DNA from: Candidatus Paracaedimonas acanthamoebae
GTDB taxonomy: Bacteria > Pseudomonadota > Alphaproteobacteria > Caedimonadales > Caedimonadaceae
Assembly: GCA_000743035.1 (NCBI GenBank)
Contig: CP008936.1
Span: 870,001-902,000, forward strand
Length of the DNA: 32,000 nt
Reading direction: 5' to 3'
Below, piece after piece: positions 8,910 through 19,244 of the stretch. Below the pieces are notes generated by a model. That model did no database searches. It saw only the letters and a program-made list of their open reading frames with translations, and was not told the origin of the DNA. Numbering within the stretch: position 1 is the first letter of the stretch; each line of letters starts with the position of its first letter. A program made the translations under genes and the position numbers.

Positions 8910-9662
8910 ATGAAAAATTTAAAAATTATAAGCTTAGGTTTTCCTGTACTGTTGTGTACAACAACTCAAGTCATTGGCGCAGATACTTTTTCAAAAGAAC
9001 AAAGAGATGGAATTGAAAAAGTTGTCGAAGATTTTTTATTGAAAAAACCAGAAATTATGGAAAAAGCTTTTCAAAAACTTCAAGAGAAGCGCCAACAGGA
9101 GCAAGCCTCTCAAAATAAATCTATCATTGCAAGAAATGTAGATGAAATATTCAATAATTCAAGCGATCCATTTATTGGGAACCCGCAAGGGCATAAGAAA
9201 ATCGTTGTATTCATGGACCCTTTTTGTGGACATTGTCGCAAATTTCACAAGACTTTAAACATGGTTCCCCAAGACCCAGAATTAAAAGAGGTAAAAATTA
9301 TATTCAAAGACTTACCAATCTTTGGAGAAATCTCTAAATTAGCTGTACGATCAATCTTTGCCGCTAAAAACCAAGGAAAATATGCTGAATTTCAAAATGC
9401 AGTATTCGAAGCAAGCCCAGATATGACAGAGCAAGATCTTTTCAATATTGCAGAGAAAATAGGCTTAGATATGGATAGATTTAAAGTTGACTTGTCATCT
9501 AATACTGTTAACAAGAAAATTGTTGAAAATGAAACATTAGCTTCAAATCTTGGTATAGATGCGACTCCTACGCTCATTTACAGTGATGTTATTATTCCTG
9601 GCGGACCAGATCTTAGTAGCCTCAAAAAACTTTTCTCGATAAATCCTAAAAGCAAAACTTAA
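8910..9662 (+). CDS. DsbA-family thiol:disulfide oxidoreductase (periplasmic)
   Basis: 250 aa with a signal peptide and a thioredoxin-fold CxxC active site (FCGHCRKFH). Confidence 0.88.
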   Translation: MKNLKIISLGFPVLLCTTTQVIGADTFSKEQRDGIEKVVEDFLLKKPEIMEKAFQKLQEKRQQEQASQNKSIIARNVDEIFNNSSDPFIGNPQGHKKIVVFMDPFCGHCRKFHKTLNMVPQDPELKEVKIIFKDLPIFGEISKLAVRSIFAAKNQGKYAEFQNAVFEASPDMTEQDLFNIAEKIGLDMDRFKVDLSSNTVNKKIVENETLASNLGIDATPTLIYSDVIIPGGPDLSSLKKLFSINPKSKT

Positions 9663-9671
9663 AGGAAAAAT

Positions 9672-11165
9672 ATGTTTCAAACTTCACCGGAGTTAATTGA
9701 AGGCTCCATACGCATTTATGATATTCATAAATATACAAATGCGTCTGCTGCAGTTCAAAAAATTAAAGAGCTTTATAATGAAAGTTCTACCATAATTAGC
9801 CATGCTTACGACAAGCTTAAGCAAGGAGACAAAAGTGCAGCCTCACCTAAGGGAGGCTGTTATCCTTACGTCGGTATTTACATAAGTAGTGCCGATATCA
9901 AGCTATCTGACGCAGCACTTTCTTATGGATTTGTTGATGCTCCAGGTTTTTACGGAACAACACTCACGCATCCTGAATTTTTTTCAGCTTACTATGAAGA
10001 ACAAATCTCTTTATTGCTTGAGAGATATAAAAAGCCTGTCATTGTGGGACGAAGTGAGTGGCCTATTCCTTTAGCATTTGTGGTTGATTTTAGTAATACG
10101 AGTCTTAATGAGTCACAAATTGATCAGCTACGCCTCAATTTTGAACATCCCAATCTTACGCGGCTTAATGATCATATTGTTAACCACACTTATAAACCAC
10201 TTGCTAATAGCCCACGTCCTCTTGCCCTTTTTTCGGGTGAAAGAGTAGATTTTTCTCTTCATCGACTCCACCACTATACTGGTACGTCTCCAGAACATTT
10301 TCAAAATTTTATTTTATTAACAAATTATCAACGTTATTTAGGTGAGTTTATCCATTTTGCTGAGCAAAAACTTTTAGAAGGCGATGAATATACTTCTCTG
10401 GTTACGCCAGGAGATGTTATTACGAATAAATCAGATTCTAACACATTGCAGAGACTAGGCGAGCATCCTCTTCATCTTCCTCAGATGCCTGCTTATCATC
10501 TAAAGCGACCTGATGGTAATGGTATTACTTTTATAAATATTGGAGTTGGCCCCACAAATGCAAAAAATATCACAGATCATTTAGCTGTTTTGCGTCCTCA
10601 TTGTTGGATTACCTTGGGACATTGCGCAGCTCTCAGGCGAAATCAAAACCTTGGTGATTACATTCTTGCTCATGGTTATGTGCGAGATGATGGAGTTTTA
10701 GATGAAGATCTCCCTTTATGGGTACCTGTACCTCCAATTGCAGAAGTTCAAATAGCGCTTCAAGATGCCGTTCTTGCTGTTACAGGTCAGCAAGGAATGG
10801 ATGCCAAACTTCGATTACGGACTGGGACCATTTACACAACAGACAATCGAAATTGGGAATTAAGATCTGATGAGATTTACGAAAAGTTTAATCAAAGTCG
10901 TGCCGTTGCATTAGATATGGAATCCGCAACTATTGCAGCGAATGGTCTCCGTTTCCGTGTTCCTTACGGAACATTACTTTGTGTTTCAGACAAACCTATA
11001 CATGGAGAAATTAAGCTTCGAGGGATGGCAAATAATTTTTATCGTGAAAGAGTACAGCAACATCTAATAATTGGGTTGGAGGCGATTCGTATCATTCGCG
11101 AACGTGGCGTCACGTCCCTGCACTCTAGAAAGCTCAGAGGATTCGATGAACCGGCGTTTCGCTAA
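9672..11165 (+). CDS. amn: AMP nucleosidase
   Basis: 497 aa. It is collinear with my recollection of E. coli Amn through to the last residues (INIGVGPTNAKNITDHLAVLRPHCW, LDMESATIAANGLRFRVPYGTLLCVSDKPIHGEIKL, C-terminal LHSRKLRGFDEPAFR). Confidence 0.93.
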   Translation: MFQTSPELIEGSIRIYDIHKYTNASAAVQKIKELYNESSTIISHAYDKLKQGDKSAASPKGGCYPYVGIYISSADIKLSDAALSYGFVDAPGFYGTTLTHPEFFSAYYEEQISLLLERYKKPVIVGRSEWPIPLAFVVDFSNTSLNESQIDQLRLNFEHPNLTRLNDHIVNHTYKPLANSPRPLALFSGERVDFSLHRLHHYTGTSPEHFQNFILLTNYQRYLGEFIHFAEQKLLEGDEYTSLVTPGDVITNKSDSNTLQRLGEHPLHLPQMPAYHLKRPDGNGITFINIGVGPTNAKNITDHLAVLRPHCWITLGHCAALRRNQNLGDYILAHGYVRDDGVLDEDLPLWVPVPPIAEVQIALQDAVLAVTGQQGMDAKLRLRTGTIYTTDNRNWELRSDEIYEKFNQSRAVALDMESATIAANGLRFRVPYGTLLCVSDKPIHGEIKLRGMANNFYRERVQQHLIIGLEAIRIIRERGVTSLHSRKLRGFDEPAFR

Positions 11166-12098
11166 AGCTTGTTCAAATGCTCCGAAGTTCTGTTCAATAA
11201 ATGAATCATAATCAGCCCAAAATTGTTCAAGAATTTCGTCTGTTTCCATGAATATTTGGTGCCGAGCATGTTCATAAATTTTAACTTTGCATTTTGGTAA
11301 ATTTTCGACAAGATAATCTAAAGAGCTATTGTCTATTAGCTCTTCTTGGCCAGCTGCAATAAGCAAAAGAGGAATACAAATTTGTTTCAAATAGTCTGGT
11401 TGTTGAAGAGTCTGAATAGATTTAAATGTTGCCTGAAGCCAACCATAAGTTCCTCCACCTGATACAAGTCCAGGATTTTTAAGTTGTAAATCCCTATGTG
11501 CAAAATAACGTTTTCGATCATGCGTAAAATAGTTACCTTCAAAATGTTCATGTATTGGATTAAGATTTCCTTGTCCAAAAATATATGCATCCTGACATCC
11601 AATAAAACACGCAGATTGGGCAACTAATCTAACTAGAGATTTTGGATAAGCCCCTGTTTTAAGGTCAATCATTGGGGCAACTAGAACAGCACTATCAAAA
11701 ATGTTTTGATATTCACTCAAATAACGTAAGGCTAAATGCCCCCCCATTGAATGCCCTAATAAAATCAACTGATTTTGTTGAGTTGGTCTCACATATTCAG
11801 TCATGAATTGATGAAAATCTTGGAGATAAGTATCATATGAATTGATATGCAACTTATGATGATTTGGAAGCATACGACTTGAGAGTCCTTGCCCTCGCAG
11901 ATCAAGAGCCCATACATTATAGCCTCTCAAGCATAAGGCTCCTATCATTTCTTGATATTTTTCCATAAATGAAGCACGTCCCTGAAGTAAGACAACTGTA
12001 CGAATGGTTTTTTGAGTTTGCTGGCATGCAGGCCAGAATCCTATACGTATTTTTGCACCATCACTAGTATGCATAAATTTATAGGATTCTTTTATCAT
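11064..12098 (-). CDS. Alpha/beta hydrolase, lysophospholipase L2 (PldB)-like
   Basis: 344 aa with the nucleophile elbow GHSMGG and an LDLRGQGLS motif. Length and layout resemble PldB/monoglyceride-lipase family enzymes. The last 34 codons overlap the 3' end of amn on the opposite strand. Confidence 0.8.
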   Translation of the reverse strand: MIKESYKFMHTSDGAKIRIGFWPACQQTQKTIRTVVLLQGRASFMEKYQEMIGALCLRGYNVWALDLRGQGLSSRMLPNHHKLHINSYDTYLQDFHQFMTEYVRPTQQNQLILLGHSMGGHLALRYLSEYQNIFDSAVLVAPMIDLKTGAYPKSLVRLVAQSACFIGCQDAYIFGQGNLNPIHEHFEGNYFTHDRKRYFAHRDLQLKNPGLVSGGGTYGWLQATFKSIQTLQQPDYLKQICIPLLLIAAGQEELIDNSSLDYLVENLPKCKVKIYEHARHQIFMETDEILEQFWADYDSFIEQNFGAFEQALAKRRFIESSELSRVQGRDATFANDTNRLQPNY

Positions 12099-12193
12099 TT
12101 TTTATATACTCCACTACCTTCAATTTTAATTGTAATGGAGGTTTTATTTAAAATACGTAAAGAAGGATATATTTTTAATCTAGATGAAATCAA

Positions 12194-12991
12194 TTAGGAA
12201 TTTAGTAAAATTTCATCCTCTTCACCTGTCTTATGAACAACTTCTTTAAAAAGCCGTAAAAGGTCATCTTCTTTTAATTTTGACCGCTCTCTTCCTTTGA
12301 CATCAAAGACTATCTCCCCTTCTGTCAACATAAGCGTACGATTTCCAACCTCAAGTGCTTGGTGCATGCTATGAGTCACCATTAATACTGTCAGGTTTTT
12401 TTCTAAAATTATATTGCGGGTAAGCTGAATGATGAAAGCTGCAGTGCGCGGATCAAGAGCCGCTGTATGTTCATCAAGAACTAATATCTGCATTGGGGCA
12501 AGCACTGCCATAATTAAAGAAATAGCTTGACGCTGCCCACCTGAAAGCAACCCTATAGGATCCTTAAGTCTCTTCTCAAGCCCTAAATTTAATCGTTCAA
12601 GGAATGTCACAAAAGCTTTGCGATTTTCAAGAGATAAAGCAAATCCAAGGCCAAGGTTTTTACCACGATAAAATGCCAAAGCAAGATTTTCTTCGACAGT
12701 TAAACTTCCACATGTCCCTACCAAAGGATCTTGAAATACTCGTGCAACCATGCTAGCTCTTTTCTCTGCAGGCCACCGTGTAACATCAGTTTTTTCAAAA
12801 AATATCCGTCCCTGTGAAATATTAATATCTCCAGTTAACACATTAAGAAGAGTTGACTTTCCTGCTCCATTACCACCAATAACAGTTACAACTTCTCCCT
12901 CTTCAATAGCCAGAGAAACATTTTTCAAGACAACTTTTTCTAGCGCCGTTCCTTGATTAAATAAAACGCGTACTTTCTCAAGTCTAATCAT
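12194..12991 (-). CDS. ABC transporter ATP-binding protein (COG1101-like, partner of the COG2984 importer)
   Basis: 265 aa with Walker A GGNGAGKST, signature LSGGQRQ and Walker B ILVLDEHTAALD. A 4-nt ATGA overlap joins it to the upstream permease gene. Confidence 0.92.
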   Translation of the reverse strand: MIRLEKVRVLFNQGTALEKVVLKNVSLAIEEGEVVTVIGGNGAGKSTLLNVLTGDINISQGRIFFEKTDVTRWPAEKRASMVARVFQDPLVGTCGSLTVEENLALAFYRGKNLGLGFALSLENRKAFVTFLERLNLGLEKRLKDPIGLLSGGQRQAISLIMAVLAPMQILVLDEHTAALDPRTAAFIIQLTRNIILEKNLTVLMVTHSMHQALEVGNRTLMLTEGEIVFDVKGRERSKLKEDDLLRLFKEVVHKTGEEDEILLNS

Positions 12992-13893
12992 TCGTGACTC
13001 CGCCCTATTAATTTATTTGCTGTCGCCTCTTTCAAACGTGGAAGTATCATCGCTACTATCACAATAACTGCTGTCACCAAATTGAGATCGGTAGCTTGCA
13101 AACCAAGCCCATCCGCATTGAGAGCTAAAGCAATGGCAAAACGGTGAAGAATTGTTCCAATGATACAAGCAAAAAGAGTTAACCAAATTCGTCTTGTGGG
13201 AAAAACTACTTCACCAATGATTACAGCTGCAAGTCCCATAATAATGGTTCCATTTCCAATAGTAACATCTGCAAACCCCTGATGTTGAGCAAATAATGCA
13301 CCTCCTAAAGCAATCAGCCCATTGCTTATAGAAATCCCCAAAAGGATTATTCCCTTTGTTTTTATGCCTTGCGCCTGAGCCATACGTGGATTAGTACCCG
13401 TTGCTCGTAAAGCGAGCCCAGTTTTTGTCAACAAGAAATACCATAAGGAAGCGCCAACAACCAAGGAGATGAAACTCAATATAAGAATTGTTCCTACTAT
13501 TTTTGCGGTAAAGAATGCCTCAAACGGAGTAAAAATCGTTTTTACATCCATCATAATTGTGACATTAGGACCCTTCATAATTCGCAAATTAATAGAATAA
13601 AGAGCCAGCATTGTTAAAATACTGGCTAATAAATTTAAGATTTTCCAGCGCACGCTGAGCCATGCTGTAAATAAACCTGATATGCACCCACCTAAAATAG
13701 CACATAATGTGGATAACCATGGATCCTGGCCTTGAGAAATTAAAGTTGCAGCAAGCGCCGCTCCTAAAGGAAAAGAACCATCAGCTGTCAAATCAGGAAA
13801 ATCTAATACTCGGAAGGACAGATAAACGCCTAAAGCAACCATTCCATAAATTAATCCAAGCTCAATCGCTCCTAAAAATTGTAATTCGTTCAT
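12988..13893 (-). CDS. ABC transporter permease (COG4120-like)
   Basis: 301 aa, highly hydrophobic multi-TM protein, located between the binding-protein and ATPase genes. Confidence 0.88.
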   Translation of the reverse strand: MNELQFLGAIELGLIYGMVALGVYLSFRVLDFPDLTADGSFPLGAALAATLISQGQDPWLSTLCAILGGCISGLFTAWLSVRWKILNLLASILTMLALYSINLRIMKGPNVTIMMDVKTIFTPFEAFFTAKIVGTILILSFISLVVGASLWYFLLTKTGLALRATGTNPRMAQAQGIKTKGIILLGISISNGLIALGGALFAQHQGFADVTIGNGTIIMGLAAVIIGEVVFPTRRIWLTLFACIIGTILHRFAIALALNADGLGLQATDLNLVTAVIVIVAMILPRLKEATANKLIGRSHE

Positions 13894-13897
13894 CCGT

Positions 13898-14950
13898 CTA
13901 TCTTTCTTTACTCAAAGAGCCCTCAAGCCCAATTTTTTTAAAGTTGAATTCTGTGTCTTCAGGAAGCTTTAAATTTAAATCACTTAATGTTTTCATATTC
14001 ACTGTTACATTAGAAACTTCTGCTGTTTCGATAGAGATATCTCCAGGTTTTTCTCCTTGAAGGATGCGAGCTATCATTTTTCCTGCAATTTTTCCAATAT
14101 CAAAAAGATGAGCTCCTGCTGTTGCTAAAGCACCTTGTAAGACTGAATCTGTCTCACTTGTAAAAATTGGTTTCTGAAAGTCGAATTGCAGCTTAATTAA
14201 GCTATCCATTGCAGAAAGAATAGTATTATCTAAAGGAATATAAAAAGCATCAACTTTTTTAATAAGACTTAAAGCAGCCGAGTGAACATCAGATGTTTTT
14301 ATCGCTGTGGCAGATAAAACTTCAAAACCTTCTTTTTTTGCAAATGCTTCAAAAAGCTTAAACTGCTTAACAGAATTAATTTCTCCTGGATTATAAATAC
14401 TACCTATAATTTTAGCATAGGGAAGCATTTTCTTAAGAAGCATCACTTGTTTTTCAAGAGGAGGAAAGTCACTCACCCCAGTAACAAAGCCGGCAGGCTT
14501 CTTAAGATTTTTTACGATACCCGCATTGATTGGATCAGTCACAGCAGCAAAAACAATTGGGATATTCCTCTTGCGAGCCGCAGAGACTAAAGCTTGAGCA
14601 CTTGGTGTTGAAATTGCTACCATAATGTCTGGATTTAGACTCACAAATTGTTGAGCAATTTGTATATTCGTTGCACTATTTCCTTGAGGATTTTTATAGA
14701 TATAATGCATTGTTTTACCATCAATATATCCTAGCTCTTCAAGAGATTTTTTAATCCCTTCCCTAACAGCATTCGCGGAAGGATGATCAATTATTTGTGT
14801 CGTCACAATAAGTGGCTTATTCTCTACTGAGTGAGTAATTGATGTTAATAAATTAAAACAGAATATAATTGTTAGGAACTTTATATAAAATAAACCAAAA
14901 AAATCTCTCAAGCTTTTCAAAACTAAAATGAGCGCGGATTTAATGGTCAT
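13898..14950 (-). CDS. ABC transporter substrate-binding protein (ABC_sub_bind / COG2984-like), paralogue A
   Basis: 350 aa with an N-terminal hydrophobic anchor. It shares conserved blocks with paralogue B (IAQQFVS..PD..VAISTPSAQAL, VFAAVTDP, GVSD.PPL, YNP.E.NSV). Confidence 0.85.
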   Translation of the reverse strand: MTIKSALILVLKSLRDFFGLFYIKFLTIIFCFNLLTSITHSVENKPLIVTTQIIDHPSANAVREGIKKSLEELGYIDGKTMHYIYKNPQGNSATNIQIAQQFVSLNPDIMVAISTPSAQALVSAARKRNIPIVFAAVTDPINAGIVKNLKKPAGFVTGVSDFPPLEKQVMLLKKMLPYAKIIGSIYNPGEINSVKQFKLFEAFAKKEGFEVLSATAIKTSDVHSAALSLIKKVDAFYIPLDNTILSAMDSLIKLQFDFQKPIFTSETDSVLQGALATAGAHLFDIGKIAGKMIARILQGEKPGDISIETAEVSNVTVNMKTLSDLNLKLPEDTEFNFKKIGLEGSLSKER

Positions 14951-15130
14951 TATAAGTTCCTTTACCTTTTTATTTTCTATCTTTTATTATACCGCCTATT
15001 ATTGCTAATAAGACAATTTTATCCGATTATACTTCAAATCTTGATGCACAAAGCTGAGATACAACCATTTATATTCTCATAATTATACCTTAAATTTCAA
15101 CTGATTTTTAAGAGAATCAAGCATATTCAA

Positions 15131-16126
15131 CTATTTTTGTAACTTATAAAAATTTGCCTTTTGTGCGATTTTATCAGGAATATTTAAATCTAAATGTATT
15201 GCTGTCGTACTATTAATATAGATTTGAGGTTTTTGAGGGAATGCCACAGGAATTTGCAACCCTTTATTATTTTTCAAAAATTTAAACACTATTTCTCCAA
15301 CCTGTTTTCCATGTTCAAAATAGCTTGTACCAATAGCTGCAAGAGCTCCTTTTTGAACAAGTACCTCATCACTTGTAAAACATGGAATCTTTTTTTCATA
15401 TTGCAAAGAAATCAAAGAAGGGATAGCAGAAACAACGGTATTGTCCTGAGGGATGTACAAAACATCTACTTTTCCTATTAAATTTTGAGCAGCAAATAAT
15501 ACTTCTGAGCTTCTTGTTGTAGGGGCTAACAAAACCTCAAACTCAAGCTTTTTTGCTAATACCTGAAATTCATTAATAGTCTTTACTGAATTAACTTCTG
15601 CTGGGTTATATAAAACCCCAATTTTCTTAGCTGATGGAAAAAGGTCGCGAATCAATTCAATTTGAGCTTGTAAAGGAGGGAGATCACTCACACCAGAAAT
15701 AAAGCTCCCAGGCTTATTTAAATCTTTAACAAGCTTTGACTGCAACGGATCAGTTACAGCCGCAAACACTACAGGAATTTCTTTATTATAAGAGGCAGAT
15801 GCAAGAGCTTGTGCACTAGGTGTTGAAATCGCCACTATAACATCTGGCTTTATACTAACAAATTGTTGGGCGATTTGATTATTAATACTCATATTGCCTT
15901 GAGCATTTTTATAGACGATTTTGTAATCTTTCCCTTCTTTTAAACCACTATGAAAAAGAAAATCATAAATCCCTTGTCTTACTGCTTCAAGAGATGGATG
16001 TTCAACTATCTGACTAATGGCTATAACTTTAAGTGCTTGAGTGGGTGACTTAACTCCGTCTTTAAATAAAAAAATACTACCAAAAATTAAAACAACTAAA
16101 CTTAAAAATATTTTTAGTATTTTCAT
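15131..16126 (-). CDS. ABC transporter substrate-binding protein (ABC_sub_bind / COG2984-like), paralogue B
   Basis: The ORF track extends to a GTG at 16180. I prefer the ATG at 16126 (MKILKIFLSLVVLIFGSIFLF signal-like start); the ATG at 16141 is also possible. By eye it is about half identical to paralogue A. Confidence 0.82.
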   Translation of the reverse strand: MKILKIFLSLVVLIFGSIFLFKDGVKSPTQALKVIAISQIVEHPSLEAVRQGIYDFLFHSGLKEGKDYKIVYKNAQGNMSINNQIAQQFVSIKPDVIVAISTPSAQALASASYNKEIPVVFAAVTDPLQSKLVKDLNKPGSFISGVSDLPPLQAQIELIRDLFPSAKKIGVLYNPAEVNSVKTINEFQVLAKKLEFEVLLAPTTRSSEVLFAAQNLIGKVDVLYIPQDNTVVSAIPSLISLQYEKKIPCFTSDEVLVQKGALAAIGTSYFEHGKQVGEIVFKFLKNNKGLQIPVAFPQKPQIYINSTTAIHLDLNIPDKIAQKANFYKLQK

Positions 16127-16189
16127 AATGTAAATTCTCATTAAATTTTTGCGCCACACTACGAAAAAATCTTTCTTCACGCAAAGTTT

Positions 16190-17356
16190 TTATAATGAAG
16201 GTAGTTTATTTTCTGTCACACATATTTTTTGCTCTTCAAGAGAGATTGAAATTTTTCCACTCAAAAAATCGAGTGCTACTTTTCCAAAAATTTCATATCT
16301 CCATCCTTTAAGAGCATGGATTGGCGCTTCTTCTCTTAACATAATCATGGCATCAAGATCTTTAGTTGTTGCAATAAGTTTCTCAGCAACTTGTGATTCT
16401 TGACTTTTAATCTTTAAAAGAACTCTTAATAAGTCTATCAAGATAGAGGAAGCTCCTAACTTCTCTATTTTAATGTGAAGCGTTGGACATTCTTCAAGTG
16501 GAATTGCGTTTGCTGAGTCTAGAATCTTAATGATTTGGGCGCCCACGGCTCCAGTTGCAAGTTTTGTTGAAATTCCTCTTATTTGACATAACTCTTCTAA
16601 AGATATTGGATTATGCGCTGCAATTTCAATCAGTACTTCATCACGAAGCATCCGACCTCTTGGAATATTTTTCTGTTCTGCTTCTAGTTCGCGCCAAGCA
16701 CTAAGTGCTTGTAGACGAGCTAAAAATCGTGGTTCCCCGCTCTTTGGACGCAATCTTTGCCATGCTTTTTCTGGCTGAGTTTTATAGGAATCAACATTTT
16801 GCAATTCCTCCATTTCTTCCTTTATCCATAAAAATCGATCATTATTCTGGAGGCGTTCTAAAAGTTTTTGGTAGATTGTTCTTAAGAAAATAACATCATT
16901 TGCTGCATATCTTAGTTGTTTATCTGTAAGGGGGCGTCGCGCCCAATTTGAGTAACGGCTGGACTTATCTAAAGGAGTTTTGATAATTGACTTTACAAGC
17001 GTCTCATAGCCCACTGACTCTCCGAAACCACAAACCATTGCAGCAATTTGGGTATCAAAAATAGGTTTTGGAAGCGCTTTCATGAGGAGATAAAAAATTT
17101 CTAAATCCTGATAAGCAGAATGAAATACTTTAATAATATTTTCATTTTTCATAATTTCGAAAAGTGGCAAAAGATCAATTTCAGCACTCAACGGATCAAT
17201 AAGAGCGGTTTCTTGCGCGCCAGCAATTTGTATTAAACAAACTTTAGGCCAATAAGTATCTTCTCGGATAAATTCGGTATCAACCGCGATAAAATCTTCA
17301 TTTTCTATTTCTTTACAAAAAGTTATTAATTTTTCAGTTGTTGAAATTAATTCCAT
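16190..17356 (-). CDS. rnd: Ribonuclease D
   Basis: 388 aa. The DEDD 3'-5' exonuclease N-terminus ([11 protein letters not shown]...YQDLEIF...YAANDV) is followed by an HRDC-like region. Confidence 0.9.
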   Translation of the reverse strand: MELISTTEKLITFCKEIENEDFIAVDTEFIREDTYWPKVCLIQIAGAQETALIDPLSAEIDLLPLFEIMKNENIIKVFHSAYQDLEIFYLLMKALPKPIFDTQIAAMVCGFGESVGYETLVKSIIKTPLDKSSRYSNWARRPLTDKQLRYAANDVIFLRTIYQKLLERLQNNDRFLWIKEEMEELQNVDSYKTQPEKAWQRLRPKSGEPRFLARLQALSAWRELEAEQKNIPRGRMLRDEVLIEIAAHNPISLEELCQIRGISTKLATGAVGAQIIKILDSANAIPLEECPTLHIKIEKLGASSILIDLLRVLLKIKSQESQVAEKLIATTKDLDAMIMLREEAPIHALKGWRYEIFGKVALDFLSGKISISLEEQKICVTENKLPSL

Positions 17357-17448
17357 ACAAATATCCTTTTCACTTTAAGAGAAGAATTGTAGCAAAAAGC
17401 AATATAAATTGCTATTTTACCTCAACAGAAAATTTAGAAAGAGAAATT

Positions 17449-19236
17449 ATGCATCTTTATCGCACACATAAATGTAATGAATTAAGAGTAGAACACGTTG
17501 GCTCAAAAGTTCGACTTTCCGGATGGGTTCATCGAAAAAGAGATCATGGAGATCTTTTATTTGTTGATTTAAGAGACCATTATGGGATTACCCAATGCGT
17601 AATTGAAGCAAAGAATGAGCATTTCAAAACAGTAGAAGCAGCAAAACTTGAGAGTGTTATTACAGTGACAGGATACGTACTTCAGCGGCCCCCAGAAACA
17701 ACGAATACTAAAATGCCAACTGGAGCCATTGAACTTACCATTGAAGAATGCAATATTGACTCAATAGTGGATATTTTGCCGTTATCTGTTAACAGCGATC
17801 AAGAATTTCCCGAAGAAACAAGACTCCGGTATCGTTTTCTTGATCTTCGCCGCGAAAAAATGCATCAGAATATCGTGCTTCGCAGCCAAATTATTGCCTC
17901 GATTCGCCGTAGAATGATTGAGCAAGGCTTTATGGAATATCAAACACCAATTTTAACAGCCAGCTCTCCAGAAGGCGCAAGAGATTTTTTAGTCCCCTCA
18001 CGCGTTCATCCAGGCAAATTTTATGCTCTTCCTCAAGCGCCTCAAATGTTTAAGCAACTACTTATGATTGCAGGCTTTGATCGCTACTTTCAAATCGCTC
18101 CTTGTTTTCGTGATGAAGATGGTCGCGCCGATCGCTCTCCAGGAGAATTTTATCAATTAGATTTTGAAATGTCATTCGTAACGCAAGAAGATGTTTTTGC
18201 TGCTCTTGAACCTGTATTATATGGTCTTTTTAGTGAATTTGGGAAAAATAAAATTGTAACACCAGCCCCCTTCCCACGCATTACATATGATGATGCTATG
18301 CTCAAATATGGATCGGATAAGCCAGATTTACGAAATCCTCTCATTATTTCGCAAGTAAATGAAGTTTTTGAGAACTCAGAGTTTAGCGTCTTTGCAAATG
18401 CAATCGCTCAAGGATCCGTCATTAGAGCCATCCCAGCCCTTACTGCGGCTAAAGAATCACGAAAATTCTTTGATAACTTAAATGACTGGGCAAAAACACA
18501 AGGTGCTCCAGGTCTCGGCTATATTATTTTTTCTGATGGAGTCGCAAAGGGCCCTATTGCAAAATTCTTAGATGAAGCTCGTCTTGATCGCTTGAGAGAA
18601 TTAACGAATGTCCAAGAAGGTGACGCTGTTTTTTTTGTTTGTGCGCCGAAAAAAGAGGCCGAGAAGCTTGCAGGCCTAGCCCGTCAGAAACTTGGGCAAG
18701 AACTTGATCTTATTGAGAAAAACTGCTTTAAATTCTGCTGGGTTGTTGATTTTCCCATGTATGAGTATAATGAAGATCAAAAGAAAATTGATTTTTTCCA
18801 TAACCCATTCTCAATGCCGCAAGGAGGAATTGAAGACCTTCTTTCGAAAAACCCTTTAGAGATTCGTGCTTACCAATATGATATCGTTTGCAATGGTTAT
18901 GAGCTTTCAAGTGGAGCTATTCGTAACCACAAACCTGAAATTATGTATAAGGCTTTTGAAATCGCAGGCTACACACGTGAGGAAGTTGAAGCTCAATTTA
19001 GTGGAATGCTTAATGCATTGAAATATGGAGCACCACCTCATGGTGGCTCTGCGCCAGGTATTGATCGAATTGTCATGCTTCTTGCTGAAGAACCAAATTT
19101 ACGTGAAGTTGTTGCATTCCCAATGAATCAACAAGCTCAAGATTTATTAATGGGCGCCCCTTCAGAGGTAACACCAAAACAACTTGAAGAGCTTCATATT
19201 CGCGTGCAATTACCACCCGAACAAAAAATAAAGTAA
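17449..19236 (+). CDS. aspS: Aspartyl-tRNA synthetase (bacterial type)
   Basis: The track ORF starts at a TTG at 17338, inside rnd. The conserved AspRS N-terminus [13 protein letters not shown] begins at the ATG at 17449. Class II motifs are present ([35 protein letters not shown]). Confidence 0.95.
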   Translation: MHLYRTHKCNELRVEHVGSKVRLSGWVHRKRDHGDLLFVDLRDHYGITQCVIEAKNEHFKTVEAAKLESVITVTGYVLQRPPETTNTKMPTGAIELTIEECNIDSIVDILPLSVNSDQEFPEETRLRYRFLDLRREKMHQNIVLRSQIIASIRRRMIEQGFMEYQTPILTASSPEGARDFLVPSRVHPGKFYALPQAPQMFKQLLMIAGFDRYFQIAPCFRDEDGRADRSPGEFYQLDFEMSFVTQEDVFAALEPVLYGLFSEFGKNKIVTPAPFPRITYDDAMLKYGSDKPDLRNPLIISQVNEVFENSEFSVFANAIAQGSVIRAIPALTAAKESRKFFDNLNDWAKTQGAPGLGYIIFSDGVAKGPIAKFLDEARLDRLRELTNVQEGDAVFFVCAPKKEAEKLAGLARQKLGQELDLIEKNCFKFCWVVDFPMYEYNEDQKKIDFFHNPFSMPQGGIEDLLSKNPLEIRAYQYDIVCNGYELSSGAIRNHKPEIMYKAFEIAGYTREEVEAQFSGMLNALKYGAPPHGGSAPGIDRIVMLLAEEPNLREVVAFPMNQQAQDLLMGAPSEVTPKQLEELHIRVQLPPEQKIK

Positions 19237-19244
19237 AATTTATT

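Noticed and set aside
17338-17448. TTG start at 17338 giving a 37-aa N-terminal extension to aspS that overlaps rnd
   Set aside because: The conserved AspRS N-terminus ([13 protein letters not shown]) begins at the ATG at 17449. The extension is non-conserved-looking and would overlap the divergent rnd start.
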